From Sandaracinaceae bacterium (GTDB lineage Bacteria; Myxococcota_A; Polyangia; Polyangiales; JAFGIB01): a DNA stretch of 64,000 bases. Under the pieces are notes generated by a model. That model did no database searches and had not been told where the DNA came from. It saw only the letters and a program-made list of their open reading frames with translations. Positions 26,526 to 34,540 of this stretch are shown here, in pieces. Position 1 is the first letter of the stretch; every line of letters starts with the position of its first letter. The DNA lies in assembly GCA_017881055.1 (NCBI GenBank), contig JADGRF010000225.1, forward strand, positions 9,486 through 73,485, written 5' to 3'. Both the position numbers and the translations under genes were made by a program.

Positions 26526-27892
26526 CGCCGATCGCGCGGCTCCACGGAGCGCGCATTCGACGCATCGACGCGCCGAGCGACGAGCTCCTCACCCTGACCC
26601 TCGCCACGCCCACCTACAAAGGCGTGCTGGTCATTTCGCTCGCTCCAAAGACACCCGGCGTGGGGCTCGTTGCCAAAAGGCCGCACGGCCAAAGCGCCAG
26701 CGCGTTCGTGTTGAAGCTGCGCAAAGAGCTCGCCGGCGCGCGCATCGAAGCCTTCAGTGAGTCCGCCGACGCGCGCCTCGAGCTGCACGCGCTGCGCGGT
26801 GACGGAACCAAACGCCTGGTCGTCGATTTCGCGGCACGACCGTCGCCGAACATCGCGCTGCTCGATGCCGAAGCGCACGTGCTCATCGCGCTGCGCCCCG
26901 CGTCGAGCAGCTCGGCAGGACGGCTGTCCACGTCTCTGCCGTGGCCTGCGACGATCGAAGCCCTCGAAGCAGCCGGCGCCGCGCTACTCGTCGACAGCGA
27001 AAGCTCGGCGCTCGAGGCACGCCGCGTGGCGCTGCTGCGCGGTGTCACCGCGGTCGACAAGCGCATCGCGCGTAAGCTGGAAAGCATGGCAGCTGACGCC
27101 GCACGCGCAGATCAAGCTCCCGAGCTGCGCTCCCGCGCCACCCTCTTGCTCTCCCACCTCGGACAAATCCCGCGCGGGGCGCGCAGCGTGAGCCTCGTCG
27201 ATTACACGCTCGATCCCCCGGGAATCGTCGAGATCACGCTCGATCCCGCACAAGACGCGCGCAGCCAAGCCGAGGCGCTGTTTCACCGCGCCAAGCGCTT
27301 CGAGCGCGGCGCAAAGATCGCGATGGAACGCGCAATCGCCGTGCGCGCCGAACGCAACGAGCTCGCGCTGCTACGCGACGCGCTCTTATCCGCCACCGAC
27401 ACCGAAGCGCTCGACGCCCTCGCCACGACCGCGAAGAAGCTGGGCGTCACCCCACGCGAAGCCCCTTCGGAGGCGAAAACCAAGCACGCGCCCAAGACCC
27501 GCCAGCCCTACCGCGAGTTCCACGGCGCCGAAGACCGCACGATCCTGGTCGGCCGCGGCGCCGCCGACAACGACGAGCTCACCCTGCGCCACGCCCGCCC
27601 GCACGACCTATGGCTGCACGCCCGCGACACCTCCGGCGCCCACGTCATAGTCCCCCTCGATCGAGGCGAAGCCTGCCTGCCCGATCTCCTACGCGACGCC
27701 GCCCTCTTGGCTGCCCACTTCAGCTCCACCCGAGCCGAAGCCGTGGTCGACATCGTCTACACCCCCCGCCGCTACATCACCAAACCCAGGGCGTCGGCCC
27801 CCGGCTCCGTCCGAGTAGAACGCGAAAAAGTCTTCCGCCTCCACCAAGACCCCCCACGCCTCCAGCACCTACTAACAACCGAACCCAAATAG
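26522..27892 (+). CDS. NFACT-family protein with DUF814/NFACT-R domain
   Basis: 456 aa. The C-terminal region ILVGRGAADNDELTLRHARPHDLWLHARDTSGAHVIV is the typical DUF814 core. Confidence 0.75.
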   Translation: MTPIARLHGARIRRIDAPSDELLTLTLATPTYKGVLVISLAPKTPGVGLVAKRPHGQSASAFVLKLRKELAGARIEAFSESADARLELHALRGDGTKRLVVDFAARPSPNIALLDAEAHVLIALRPASSSSAGRLSTSLPWPATIEALEAAGAALLVDSESSALEARRVALLRGVTAVDKRIARKLESMAADAARADQAPELRSRATLLLSHLGQIPRGARSVSLVDYTLDPPGIVEITLDPAQDARSQAEALFHRAKRFERGAKIAMERAIAVRAERNELALLRDALLSATDTEALDALATTAKKLGVTPREAPSEAKTKHAPKTRQPYREFHGAEDRTILVGRGAADNDELTLRHARPHDLWLHARDTSGAHVIVPLDRGEACLPDLLRDAALLAAHFSSTRAEAVVDIVYTPRRYITKPRASAPGSVRVEREKVFRLHQDPPRLQHLLTTEPK

Positions 27893-27964
27893 CAGCCCCA
27901 CGCCAAGCGCGCCCGAAGGGCCGCGCGCCCCCCGGACGCACTCTCCCCACCGGTCAAGCGCGAG

Positions 27965-28071
27965 CCGATTTGCCTCGCAGAGCGAGCGCGCCCGCAGCGC
28001 GGCGAGGGAGCCGTACTCCCGTACGTGACCGAGCCAAGCGAGGACGTAAGCCGCTCTGCGAGGCAAAGCGG
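27965..28071. repeat. palindrome-flanked intergenic repeat, copy 2 of core Y (inverted)
   Basis: 16-bp perfect inverted repeat tttgcctcgcagagcg / cgctctgcgaggcaaa (27969-27984 / 28052-28067, extendable by 3 bp after one mismatch) encloses a 67-nt loop homologous to 20698-20801 in reverse orientation. Confidence 0.7.
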
Positions 28072-28091
28072 CCGCGCGTATCAGGTCGCTT

Positions 28092-28143
28092 AAAAAGCGC
28101 ATCGCCGCTGGCTTGGGGTTAACCAAGCCAGCGGCGCATGCGC
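28092..28143 (-). terminator. intrinsic terminator of the Lys/Ala-rich gene
   Basis: On the minus strand: GCGCAT-G-CGCCGCTGGCTTGG, loop TTAACC, CCAAGCCAGCGGCG-ATGCGC, followed by TTTTT (28096-28092). It begins about 30 nt after the stop at 28172. Confidence 0.7.
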
Positions 28144-28171
28144 GGCCGCTCAAGTTTCGAGAGCAAGGCTC

Positions 28172-28452
28172 TCAATTTGCGGAGGGGTTGGTTGCGGCTG
28201 ACGCGAAGCTCGTCGTTTCTGACGATGCCTCCGCCCCAATCGGCTCAGGTTGACTCACCGCTTCAACCTTCGCGGCCTTCTTCCTCTTCGCAGGGCTAGC
28301 CTTTTTTGCGGCCTTCTTGGCTTTGCCCTTAGTAACCGGCTTCTTAGCCTTGGCTACTTTTTTTTTGCGGCCTTACGCTTGCCGCCCTTACGCTTCTTCG
28401 CGGCCTTTTTAGTGGCCTTCTTCGCTGCCTTCTTACGCTTTTTCGCTGCCAT
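28172..28452 (-). CDS. Lys/Ala-rich histone H1-like basic protein, continuous only with a -1 shift (or one extra A) at an A9 run
   Basis: AGGAGG lies 8 nt upstream of the ATG at 28452. Frame 0 gives 32 aa (MAAKKRKKAAKKATKKAAKKRKGGKRKAAKKK) and then TAG at 28356-28354. The -1 frame continues VAKAKKPVTKGKAKKAAKKASPAKRKKAAKVEAV... to the TGA at 28174-28172. Confidence 0.6.
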
Positions 28453-28783
28453 GTGATGACCCTCCTATGGTCGTAGGATGAATGCAACGTATTGTAGGGT
28501 GATGCCACGTGTCAAGCATGCAAACACATAAATTATACATAACTTATGGGTCTTTGTGCGATCAGTGGTGCGTATCATTTTCAAGCCACTGATTTTATTG
28601 GAGAATTTACGTTGCAGTGGAAGGGCCAAATTCAGCTGTGACCGCGTCGATTCACGCTTGATCACTGATCCAAGCGCCCTCTCGCACCCCAATCGTTGAC
28701 AGCGCGAAGCCCCCAGACCTAACGTCGGCCCCTCATTCACGGGTCGCGGTTCGGGCCCGTGCTTAACGAAGCGAGAAGATGCG

Positions 28784-29587
28784 ATGAACCGTTCGAAGGC
28801 AATTGCGTGCGGCCTCTTGTTGACCGTGCTGAGCGGCGTTTTCGTGGGCTGCGGCTACTCCGAGGAGGAGATGCAGGCTCAGCGCGACCGCGTGGATCAG
28901 CTGACCAAGGCGCTCGATGCGCTCGAGGGTAAGCACAAAGAGCTGCAGGACCGCTTCAAGGTGCTCAGCTCCGAAAACGCTCAGATGACGGAGCAGCTCC
29001 GCCAGATGGGCATGAACGTCGAGGATCAGAAGCGCAGCAACGACGAGATGACCAGGCTCGTCGCGGACCTGAAGGCGAAGCAGCAGCAAGCTGACGCGCG
29101 CCTGCAGACGTTCCGCAGCATGCTGGAGCGCTTCAACAAGATGATCGCGTCCGGTCAGCTGCGCGTGCGCATCGTGCGCGGCCGCATGGTCGTAGAGCTC
29201 TCGGAGAACATCCTGTTCGATTCGGGCAAAGCGGATCTCAAGCCCGAAGGTCAGGCTGCGCTCAAGGAAGTTGCGAGCGTGCTCGCGTCGATCACCGACC
29301 GCGATTTCCAGATCGCCGGTCACACCGACAACATCCCGATCAAGAGCGCGAAGTTCCCGTCGAACTGGCACCTGTCCACCGCGCGCTCGGTGACCGTGGC
29401 CGCGTTCCTCGCAGCCAACGGCGTCACGGAGACGCGCTTGTCTGCGGCTGGCTACGCCGACACGCAGCCGGCGGCTCCGAACGACACGCCGGAAGGTCGT
29501 CAGCAGAACCGCCGCATCGAGATCGTGCTCATGCCGAATCTCGACGAGCTGCCGGATCTGTCGAAGCTGAAGGACCTCACGAACTGA
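28784..29587 (+). CDS. OmpA/MotB-domain lipoprotein with coiled-coil N-terminal region
   Basis: Lipobox VFVGC, heptad-like Q/E/K-rich segment, and an OmpA-like C-terminus (FDSGKADLKPEG, GHTDNIPI, NWHLSTARS, NRRIEIVL). Confidence 0.85.
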   Translation: MNRSKAIACGLLLTVLSGVFVGCGYSEEEMQAQRDRVDQLTKALDALEGKHKELQDRFKVLSSENAQMTEQLRQMGMNVEDQKRSNDEMTRLVADLKAKQQQADARLQTFRSMLERFNKMIASGQLRVRIVRGRMVVELSENILFDSGKADLKPEGQAALKEVASVLASITDRDFQIAGHTDNIPIKSAKFPSNWHLSTARSVTVAAFLAANGVTETRLSAAGYADTQPAAPNDTPEGRQQNRRIEIVLMPNLDELPDLSKLKDLTN

Positions 29588-29595
29588 GCGAAGGC

Positions 29596-30573
29596 TTGTC
29601 CGAAGCACCTGCGCGGCTCGCGACGATCGATGTCGGCACAAACTCGGTGCTGATTCAGATCGCGCGGGCCGCAGCAGTTTCTGGGACCGGTCGGCGTGAC
29701 GAGCACGCTGAGATGGAAGTTCTCGAAGACCGCGCCACGATCACGCGCCTGGGCAAGGGCGTCGATCGGAGTCGACGACTGGACGATGCAGCTGTCGAGC
29801 GCACGCTGGCGGTGCTGACCGAGTACGCGGCGCTCGCGCGTAGCCACCGGGCGCGTATCCAAGCAGTCGGCACGAGCGCGCTGCGCGATGCCGTGAACGG
29901 CGCGGACTTCCTGGCGCGAGCGCAGGCGATTCTCGGCGTGCCGCTCGAGGTGATCAGCGGCGGCGACGAGGCCGAGCTGACGTTCCTCGGCGCGACGCAC
30001 GGCCTCGGGCTCGGCGCCGCGGCACTGTGCGTGGTCGACGTCGGCGGTGGCAGCACTGAGATTGTCCGCGCGCAGGGACAATGCGTCCTGCAGGCGACGA
30101 GCCTCGACGTCGGCGCGGTGCGCTTGCACGAGCGCCACGGCCTGACCGCGCCGGCCACGGCCGCACAGCTCGAGGCCCTCGACGCCGACGTGACACGCGC
30201 GCTCGCCGGATCGCAGGTGACACCGTGCGCGCCGCTGATCGCCATCGCCGGCACGGCCACCACGCTCGCCGCGATTGCATTCGCAGTACAACCGTATGAT
30301 CCGAAGCGCATCCACGGCGCACGTCTTGCCACCGAGCAGCTGGAAGCTCTGGCCAGCCGGCTCGCCGCGATGACGCTGGCCGAGCGCTGTGCGCTGCCGG
30401 GCCTCGCTGCGGGCCGCGCGGACGTGATCGTGGCCGGTGCGCGCGTGTTGCTCGGCGTGGTCCACGCGGCGCAAGCTCGCGAAATCATTGTGTCGAACGG
30501 CGGTGTACGGATGGGACTCGCCGTTCGTGGGCTCAGGTCGAATCCGATTGACCCGCGGCGTAGTTCTGAGTAG
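29596..30573 (+). CDS. Ppx/GppA family phosphatase, ASKHA domains only (no HD domain)
   Basis: 325 aa with TIDVGTNSVLIQI and VVDVGGGSTE motifs. TTG start lies 8 nt after the OmpA-like stop. This is the second Ppx/GppA paralog in the window. Confidence 0.8.
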   Translation: MSEAPARLATIDVGTNSVLIQIARAAAVSGTGRRDEHAEMEVLEDRATITRLGKGVDRSRRLDDAAVERTLAVLTEYAALARSHRARIQAVGTSALRDAVNGADFLARAQAILGVPLEVISGGDEAELTFLGATHGLGLGAAALCVVDVGGGSTEIVRAQGQCVLQATSLDVGAVRLHERHGLTAPATAAQLEALDADVTRALAGSQVTPCAPLIAIAGTATTLAAIAFAVQPYDPKRIHGARLATEQLEALASRLAAMTLAERCALPGLAAGRADVIVAGARVLLGVVHAAQAREIIVSNGGVRMGLAVRGLRSNPIDPRRSSE

Positions 30574-30801
30574 GATTTCCTGCGACCCGTGCTCCACCCG
30601 CAAACCGGTGAAAGCACGCTGTAGTGCTCTGGCGGTCTCGCTGGAGCGCACGCGCTCAACGAACACGGTCGACGTAAGACCGCGCGTGCACCCTCGACTC
30701 GCGTTTACACATACCCGCGGTGCAACCCGCGGTTCTCTGCGTAGTGCGAATCGGGATCTCAGAATTTTCGATTCGGTTCTTCAAACCAAAGGGAGTGCGA
30801 A

Positions 30802-31311
30802 ATGCAGGCCCGTACTGACAAGCAGACGTTCAAAGTAGGCGACAAAGCCGTTTATCCGGCTCAGGGCGTCGCCGAAGTCATCTCCATCGAGGAAAAGGAC
30901 ATCGCAGGCAACCGCCTGAAGTTCTATGTTCTCAGGATTCTCGACACCAATCGCAAGATCATGGTGCCTGTCGCGAACGCCAAGAGCGTGGGGCTGCGCC
31001 CGCCGATTTGCGAAAACGAGATCGAAGAGATCTTCGCGATTCTGCGTGAGCGCACGATTGCCTTCGACAACCAAACGTGGAACCGCCGTTACCGCGGGTT
31101 CATGGACAAGATCAAGACGGGTTCCGTCTTCGATGTCGCCGAAGTGATGCGCGACCTCTATCGCCTCAAGGCGGAGAAGTCGCTGTCGTTCGGCGAACGA
31201 CGCATGCTCGAGACTGCGCGCGCGCTGATCGTCAAAGAGATCGCCGTGACGCGTGACAAGAGCGAAGAGAATATCCAGGCGGAGATCGAAGAGATCTTCG
31301 GCACGAACTGA
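30802..31311 (+). CDS. cdnL: CarD/CdnL family RNA polymerase-binding regulator
   Basis: 169 aa. FKVGDKAVYPAQGVAEVISIEEKDIAGNRLKFYVL (TRCF-RID-like N-terminus) and WNRRYRGFMDKIKTGS with a helical C-terminus. Confidence 0.9.
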   Translation: MQARTDKQTFKVGDKAVYPAQGVAEVISIEEKDIAGNRLKFYVLRILDTNRKIMVPVANAKSVGLRPPICENEIEEIFAILRERTIAFDNQTWNRRYRGFMDKIKTGSVFDVAEVMRDLYRLKAEKSLSFGERRMLETARALIVKEIAVTRDKSEENIQAEIEEIFGTN

Positions 31312-31340
31312 GCGTCGGGCAGCGACTGACGACGTGACTC

Positions 31341-31982
31341 GTGCTCACGGGCCATTGCCCAGCATGCCACGTCGCAGGAGCTGCACCGATCGACTCGGAC
31401 TCGCAGAGCGGCCTACGGCTCTCTGCGAAGGAGCTCTCCTTGCTCGCTTCGCTCACCTGGAAGCTGATCGTCATCCCCGAGCTCGCATGGCCGCGCCTCA
31501 CGGCGGCTTGCGACCGTGGTGAAGCTTTGCCCGAGCCCGTGTTGCACGCTGCCGCTGTCGGCGGCGTGTCCGTGCTGTCGAGCATGGTTGGCGCGCTGCT
31601 CGTTCCACGTACCACGGTCAGTGGTGTGATCATCGCTACGTTGATTGCGATCGCAGGCTACGTCGGCTCGGCGGGACTCGCCGTGTACCTCGTGCCGAGG
31701 ATCGTTGATGCCCCCGAACAATTCTCGTCTCTGCTACCTCGTTTCGCATCGGCCGCTTCGCTGCCGATCGTCGCGAGCGGAATCATCAATTTCATTCCGC
31801 TCTCGATCATTTCCGTGATGGCCGCCCTCGCAGGCTCCGCCCTCACGTTTCGCTCCGGGTCGCTCGGTGCTCGTGACTTCCTCGGTATGGAGGGAGCCCG
31901 CAGGAAGCGCGCTGCAACCTTGACCACGATGGTCTCGACCCTTCCCACGCTCTGCGCCGCGCTCTTGCGCGCGGTTAAGTGA
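31341..31982 (+). CDS. polytopic membrane protein (Yip1-like topology), start uncertain
   Basis: 213-aa ORF with 4-5 hydrophobic helices. A hairpin accgcggcagcc-ttcg-gctccgcggt follows at about 31988-32014. Confidence 0.45.
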   Translation: MLTGHCPACHVAGAAPIDSDSQSGLRLSAKELSLLASLTWKLIVIPELAWPRLTAACDRGEALPEPVLHAAAVGGVSVLSSMVGALLVPRTTVSGVIIATLIAIAGYVGSAGLAVYLVPRIVDAPEQFSSLLPRFASAASLPIVASGIINFIPLSIISVMAALAGSALTFRSGSLGARDFLGMEGARRKRAATLTTMVSTLPTLCAALLRAVK

Positions 31983-32080
31983 CATACCACCGCGGCAGCC
32001 TTCGGCTCCGCGGTGAATGAAACACGAGAGCTTGGGACAACTCTCATGAACCTTTTTTCCCCCAGATTTTCTCCGGACCC

Positions 32081-33649
32081 ATGGCTGGTAACTCACTCGT
32101 CATCAACATCGACATCTCGGAAACTCGCGTCGCGCTGATCGAAGGCGGAAGCATCACCGAGCTGTTCGTCGAGCGCGAACAGGACAAGAGCCCCGTCGGC
32201 AACGTGTACCTCGGCAAGGTCACGCGCGTTTTGCCCGGCATGCAGGCTGCGTTCATCGACATCTCGCTCGATCGCGCCGCGTTCTTGCACGTGGAAGACG
32301 TCGTTCCGCAGGAGGACATGGACAACCTCCTCAACAACGACGAGGAAGACACGTCGTCCGACGATCCGACTACGGCCGAGCAGGGCGAAGGCGAGGAGAT
32401 CGAACCGAAAGCCAAAGCCGTGGCTCGCAAAGTCACCCGCGCCACGCCGATCCGCGACGTTCTCAAGGAGGGCCAATCGCTGATGGTGCAGGTCAGCAAA
32501 GGCCCGATCGGCACCAAGGGCGCGCGCGTCACCAGCCACATCGCGCTGCCGGGTCGCTACGTCGTGTACCTGCCAACGGTCGAGCACATCGGCATTTCCA
32601 AGCGCATCGGCAATGATGTTGAACGGAAGCGCCTGCGCGAGGCGATCGAGCAAGTGAAGCCGCCGCAGGGTGGCTTCATCGTGCGCACGGTCGCGACCGG
32701 TCTCACCAAGAAGCAGCTCAAAGCCGACGTCGGCTACCTGATCACGCAGTGGGACGGCGTGAGCAAGCGGCGCGCGACGGTGAAGACCGCACCCGCCCTG
32801 CTCTACGAAGATCTCGACATCACGTTGCGCGTCGCGCGCGACTACTTCACCGAGAACGTCGAGAAGATCATCATCGACTCGCCCTCGGAGTACGAGCGGC
32901 TGCGTGCGTTCATCGGCACGTTCTTGCCCGAGCGCATCAACGACATCGAGCTGTACCAGGGTCGCGATCCGATCTTCGACGAGTACGGCATCGAGGACGA
33001 GATTTCGCGCGCGCTCTCACGCAAGGTGCCGCTCGCGTCGGGCGGGTACTTGATCATCGACCAGGCCGAAGCACTGACCGCGATCGACGTGAACACCGGT
33101 CGCTTCACGGGCAAGGGCAAAGACGTCGAAGAGACGATCTATCAGACCAACCTGGAAGCGGTGCAGGAGATCACCTACCAGCTGCGCTTCCGCAACATCG
33201 GCGGCTTGATCGTGCTCGACTTCATCGACATGGAGCGCGCCAAGAACCGCGACCGCGTCTACAAGATGCTGGCGGAGGCGCTCAAGAAGGACCGCGCCAC
33301 GACCACTATCACCCGCATCAGCGAGCTGGGCCTGGTGGAAATGACGCGCAAGCGCACCCGCGAGTCGCTGGGGCGCACGCTGTTCGAGCCGTGCTTCTAC
33401 TGCGACGGCACCGGCCAGCTGCAGTCCAAGGCCACGATCTGCCACGAGATCGTGCGCCAGATCCGCCGCGAGAAGGACTCCTTGCCCGGCTACAAGGTGA
33501 TCGTGAACGCGCACCCTGCGATCTGCGACATGCTCAAGCGCGAGCACAAGGGCGCGCTTGACGAGGCGCAGAACCGCTTCACGCGCCAGATCGTCGTACG
33601 CCCGCACAAGGAGTACCATCTGGAGCAGTTCGACCTCAAAGGTGCGTGA
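32081..33649 (+). CDS. rng: ribonuclease G/E family endoribonuclease
   Basis: 522 aa. S1 domain (GNVYLGKVTRVLPGMQAAFIDI) with an acidic insert, the catalytic region (IIDQAEALTAIDVNTG) and a Zn-link CFYCDGTG. Confidence 0.9.
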   Translation: MAGNSLVINIDISETRVALIEGGSITELFVEREQDKSPVGNVYLGKVTRVLPGMQAAFIDISLDRAAFLHVEDVVPQEDMDNLLNNDEEDTSSDDPTTAEQGEGEEIEPKAKAVARKVTRATPIRDVLKEGQSLMVQVSKGPIGTKGARVTSHIALPGRYVVYLPTVEHIGISKRIGNDVERKRLREAIEQVKPPQGGFIVRTVATGLTKKQLKADVGYLITQWDGVSKRRATVKTAPALLYEDLDITLRVARDYFTENVEKIIIDSPSEYERLRAFIGTFLPERINDIELYQGRDPIFDEYGIEDEISRALSRKVPLASGGYLIIDQAEALTAIDVNTGRFTGKGKDVEETIYQTNLEAVQEITYQLRFRNIGGLIVLDFIDMERAKNRDRVYKMLAEALKKDRATTTITRISELGLVEMTRKRTRESLGRTLFEPCFYCDGTGQLQSKATICHEIVRQIRREKDSLPGYKVIVNAHPAICDMLKREHKGALDEAQNRFTRQIVVRPHKEYHLEQFDLKGA

Positions 33650-33672
33650 GCACCACGCGATACAGGTGCGTG

Positions 33673-34041
33673 ATGAGCGACCACGACGAACGACATGACG
33701 ACGCGCGTGATGACGCGCGTGATGACGCGCGTGATGACAAACGACAAGGCTCGCGCGTCACCATCAACAAGGACTTCGAGTCGTTCGACGAGTTCATCCG
33801 CGAGTACGTCACGAACATCTCGAAGACCGGGGCGTTCGTGAAGCGCGGGGATCCGCTGCCGATCGGGACCGAAGTGAACCTGAAGTTCACGGTCATCATG
33901 GATGACATCGAGACGATCGAAGGCGTCGGCAAGGTCGTGCGCGTGCAACAGGACCCGCCCGGGATGGGCGTCGTGTTCACGAAGGTCAGTCAGTACTCGC
34001 AGCATCTGCTGGAACGCCTGTTGACGAAGAACAACGAGTAA
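33673..34041 (+). CDS. PilZ-type domain protein with acidic repeat N-terminus
   Basis: The RVTINKDFESFDEFIREYVTNISKTGAFV...GTEVNLKF...GVGKVVRV pattern resembles the Myxococcus-type PilZ paralogous domain (family recalled from memory). An ATG at 33673 is preferred over the GTG at 33646. Confidence 0.7.
   Translation: MSDHDERHDDARDDARDDARDDKRQGSRVTINKDFESFDEFIREYVTNISKTGAFVKRGDPLPIGTEVNLKFTVIMDDIETIEGVGKVVRVQQDPPGMGVVFTKVSQYSQHLLERLLTKNNE
33697..33738 (+). repeat. 12-nt tandem repeat (ga[ct]gacgcgcgt, about 3.5 copies) encoding DDAR repeats
   Basis: Direct reading: gacgacgcgcgt, gatgacgcgcgt, gatgacgcgcgt, gatgac, inside the PilZ gene. Confidence 0.85.
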
Positions 34042-34058
34042 TCCCGACTCGAGTGCTC

Positions 34059-34536
34059 GACTGAACGGCGCCGGGGAGGGGCTCTTCACCGCTGCGCTGA
34101 ACGGCGTCGGGGAGGGGCTCCGAACGCGCGCAGGTACACCCACGCCGCCCCGCGGCCCTCCGCAGCGCAAACCGCTGGCAACTTGCAACGGGGGGCGGCT
34201 TGCCTCCGCGCGTTCGGAGCCCCTCCCCGACGCCTGCGCCCCAACGAGCTGTCAGCCCGCGCCATTGCGGCGTTTGCGTGAAGCCCCAGTCGGCCTTGTC
34301 AGCTGCACACGCGGTCTCGAATCGCCACTACGGCGGTCACTGCCCACCACTGCCCTACCGCACCGCGCTAACGCAGGTCAGCGGGTGGGTGCGCAATCGC
34401 GCGGACGCAAGCCGCCCCCCTGCTGCAACCTGCAAGCGGCTCGGACCGCGGAGAGCCGCGGGGCGGCGTGGGTGTACCTGCGCGCGATTGCGCACCCACC
34501 CGCTGACCGTTCAGCTCACCGCTGACCGTTCAGTCA
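34059..34536. repeat. 478-bp composite palindromic element filling a convergent intergenic region
   Basis: Terminal inverted repeat gactgaacgg / ccgttcagtc. Two modules each have a perfect 28-bp stem (34103-34130/34207-34234 and 34376-34403/34481-34508). Their 76- and 77-nt loops are reverse complements of each other. Confidence 0.85.
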
Positions 34537-34540
34537 ACGC

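Noticed and set aside
27872-28153. 93-aa minus-strand ORF
   Set aside because: It runs through the terminator hairpin and the core Y repeat and overlaps the NFACT 3' end. It starts at a TTG inside the terminator stem.
28250-28456. 68-aa plus-strand ORF rich in Phe/Leu/Ala
   Set aside because: It is the mirror image of the Lys/Ala-rich gene (AAG/GCC codons read backwards). It has no Shine-Dalgarno, whereas the minus strand has AGGAGG plus an ATG and a terminator.
28465-28740. 91-aa minus-strand ORF in the AT-rich region
   Set aside because: It lies in the AT-rich divergent promoter region. It shows no codon bias, has no Shine-Dalgarno, and its composition is unlike neighbouring genes.
34071-34120. 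G-quadruplex from the ggggagggg repeats
   Set aside because: The two GGGG-A-GGGG pairs are separated by about 27 nt, too long a loop for a standard intramolecular quadruplex. The same bases are fully engaged in the 28-bp stem.
34059-34536. Retron msr/msd locus or integron attC site
   Set aside because: There is no reverse transcriptase or integrase gene in the neighbourhood, the attC R-box consensus (GTTRRRY) is absent, and the flanking genes are ordinary chromosomal genes.
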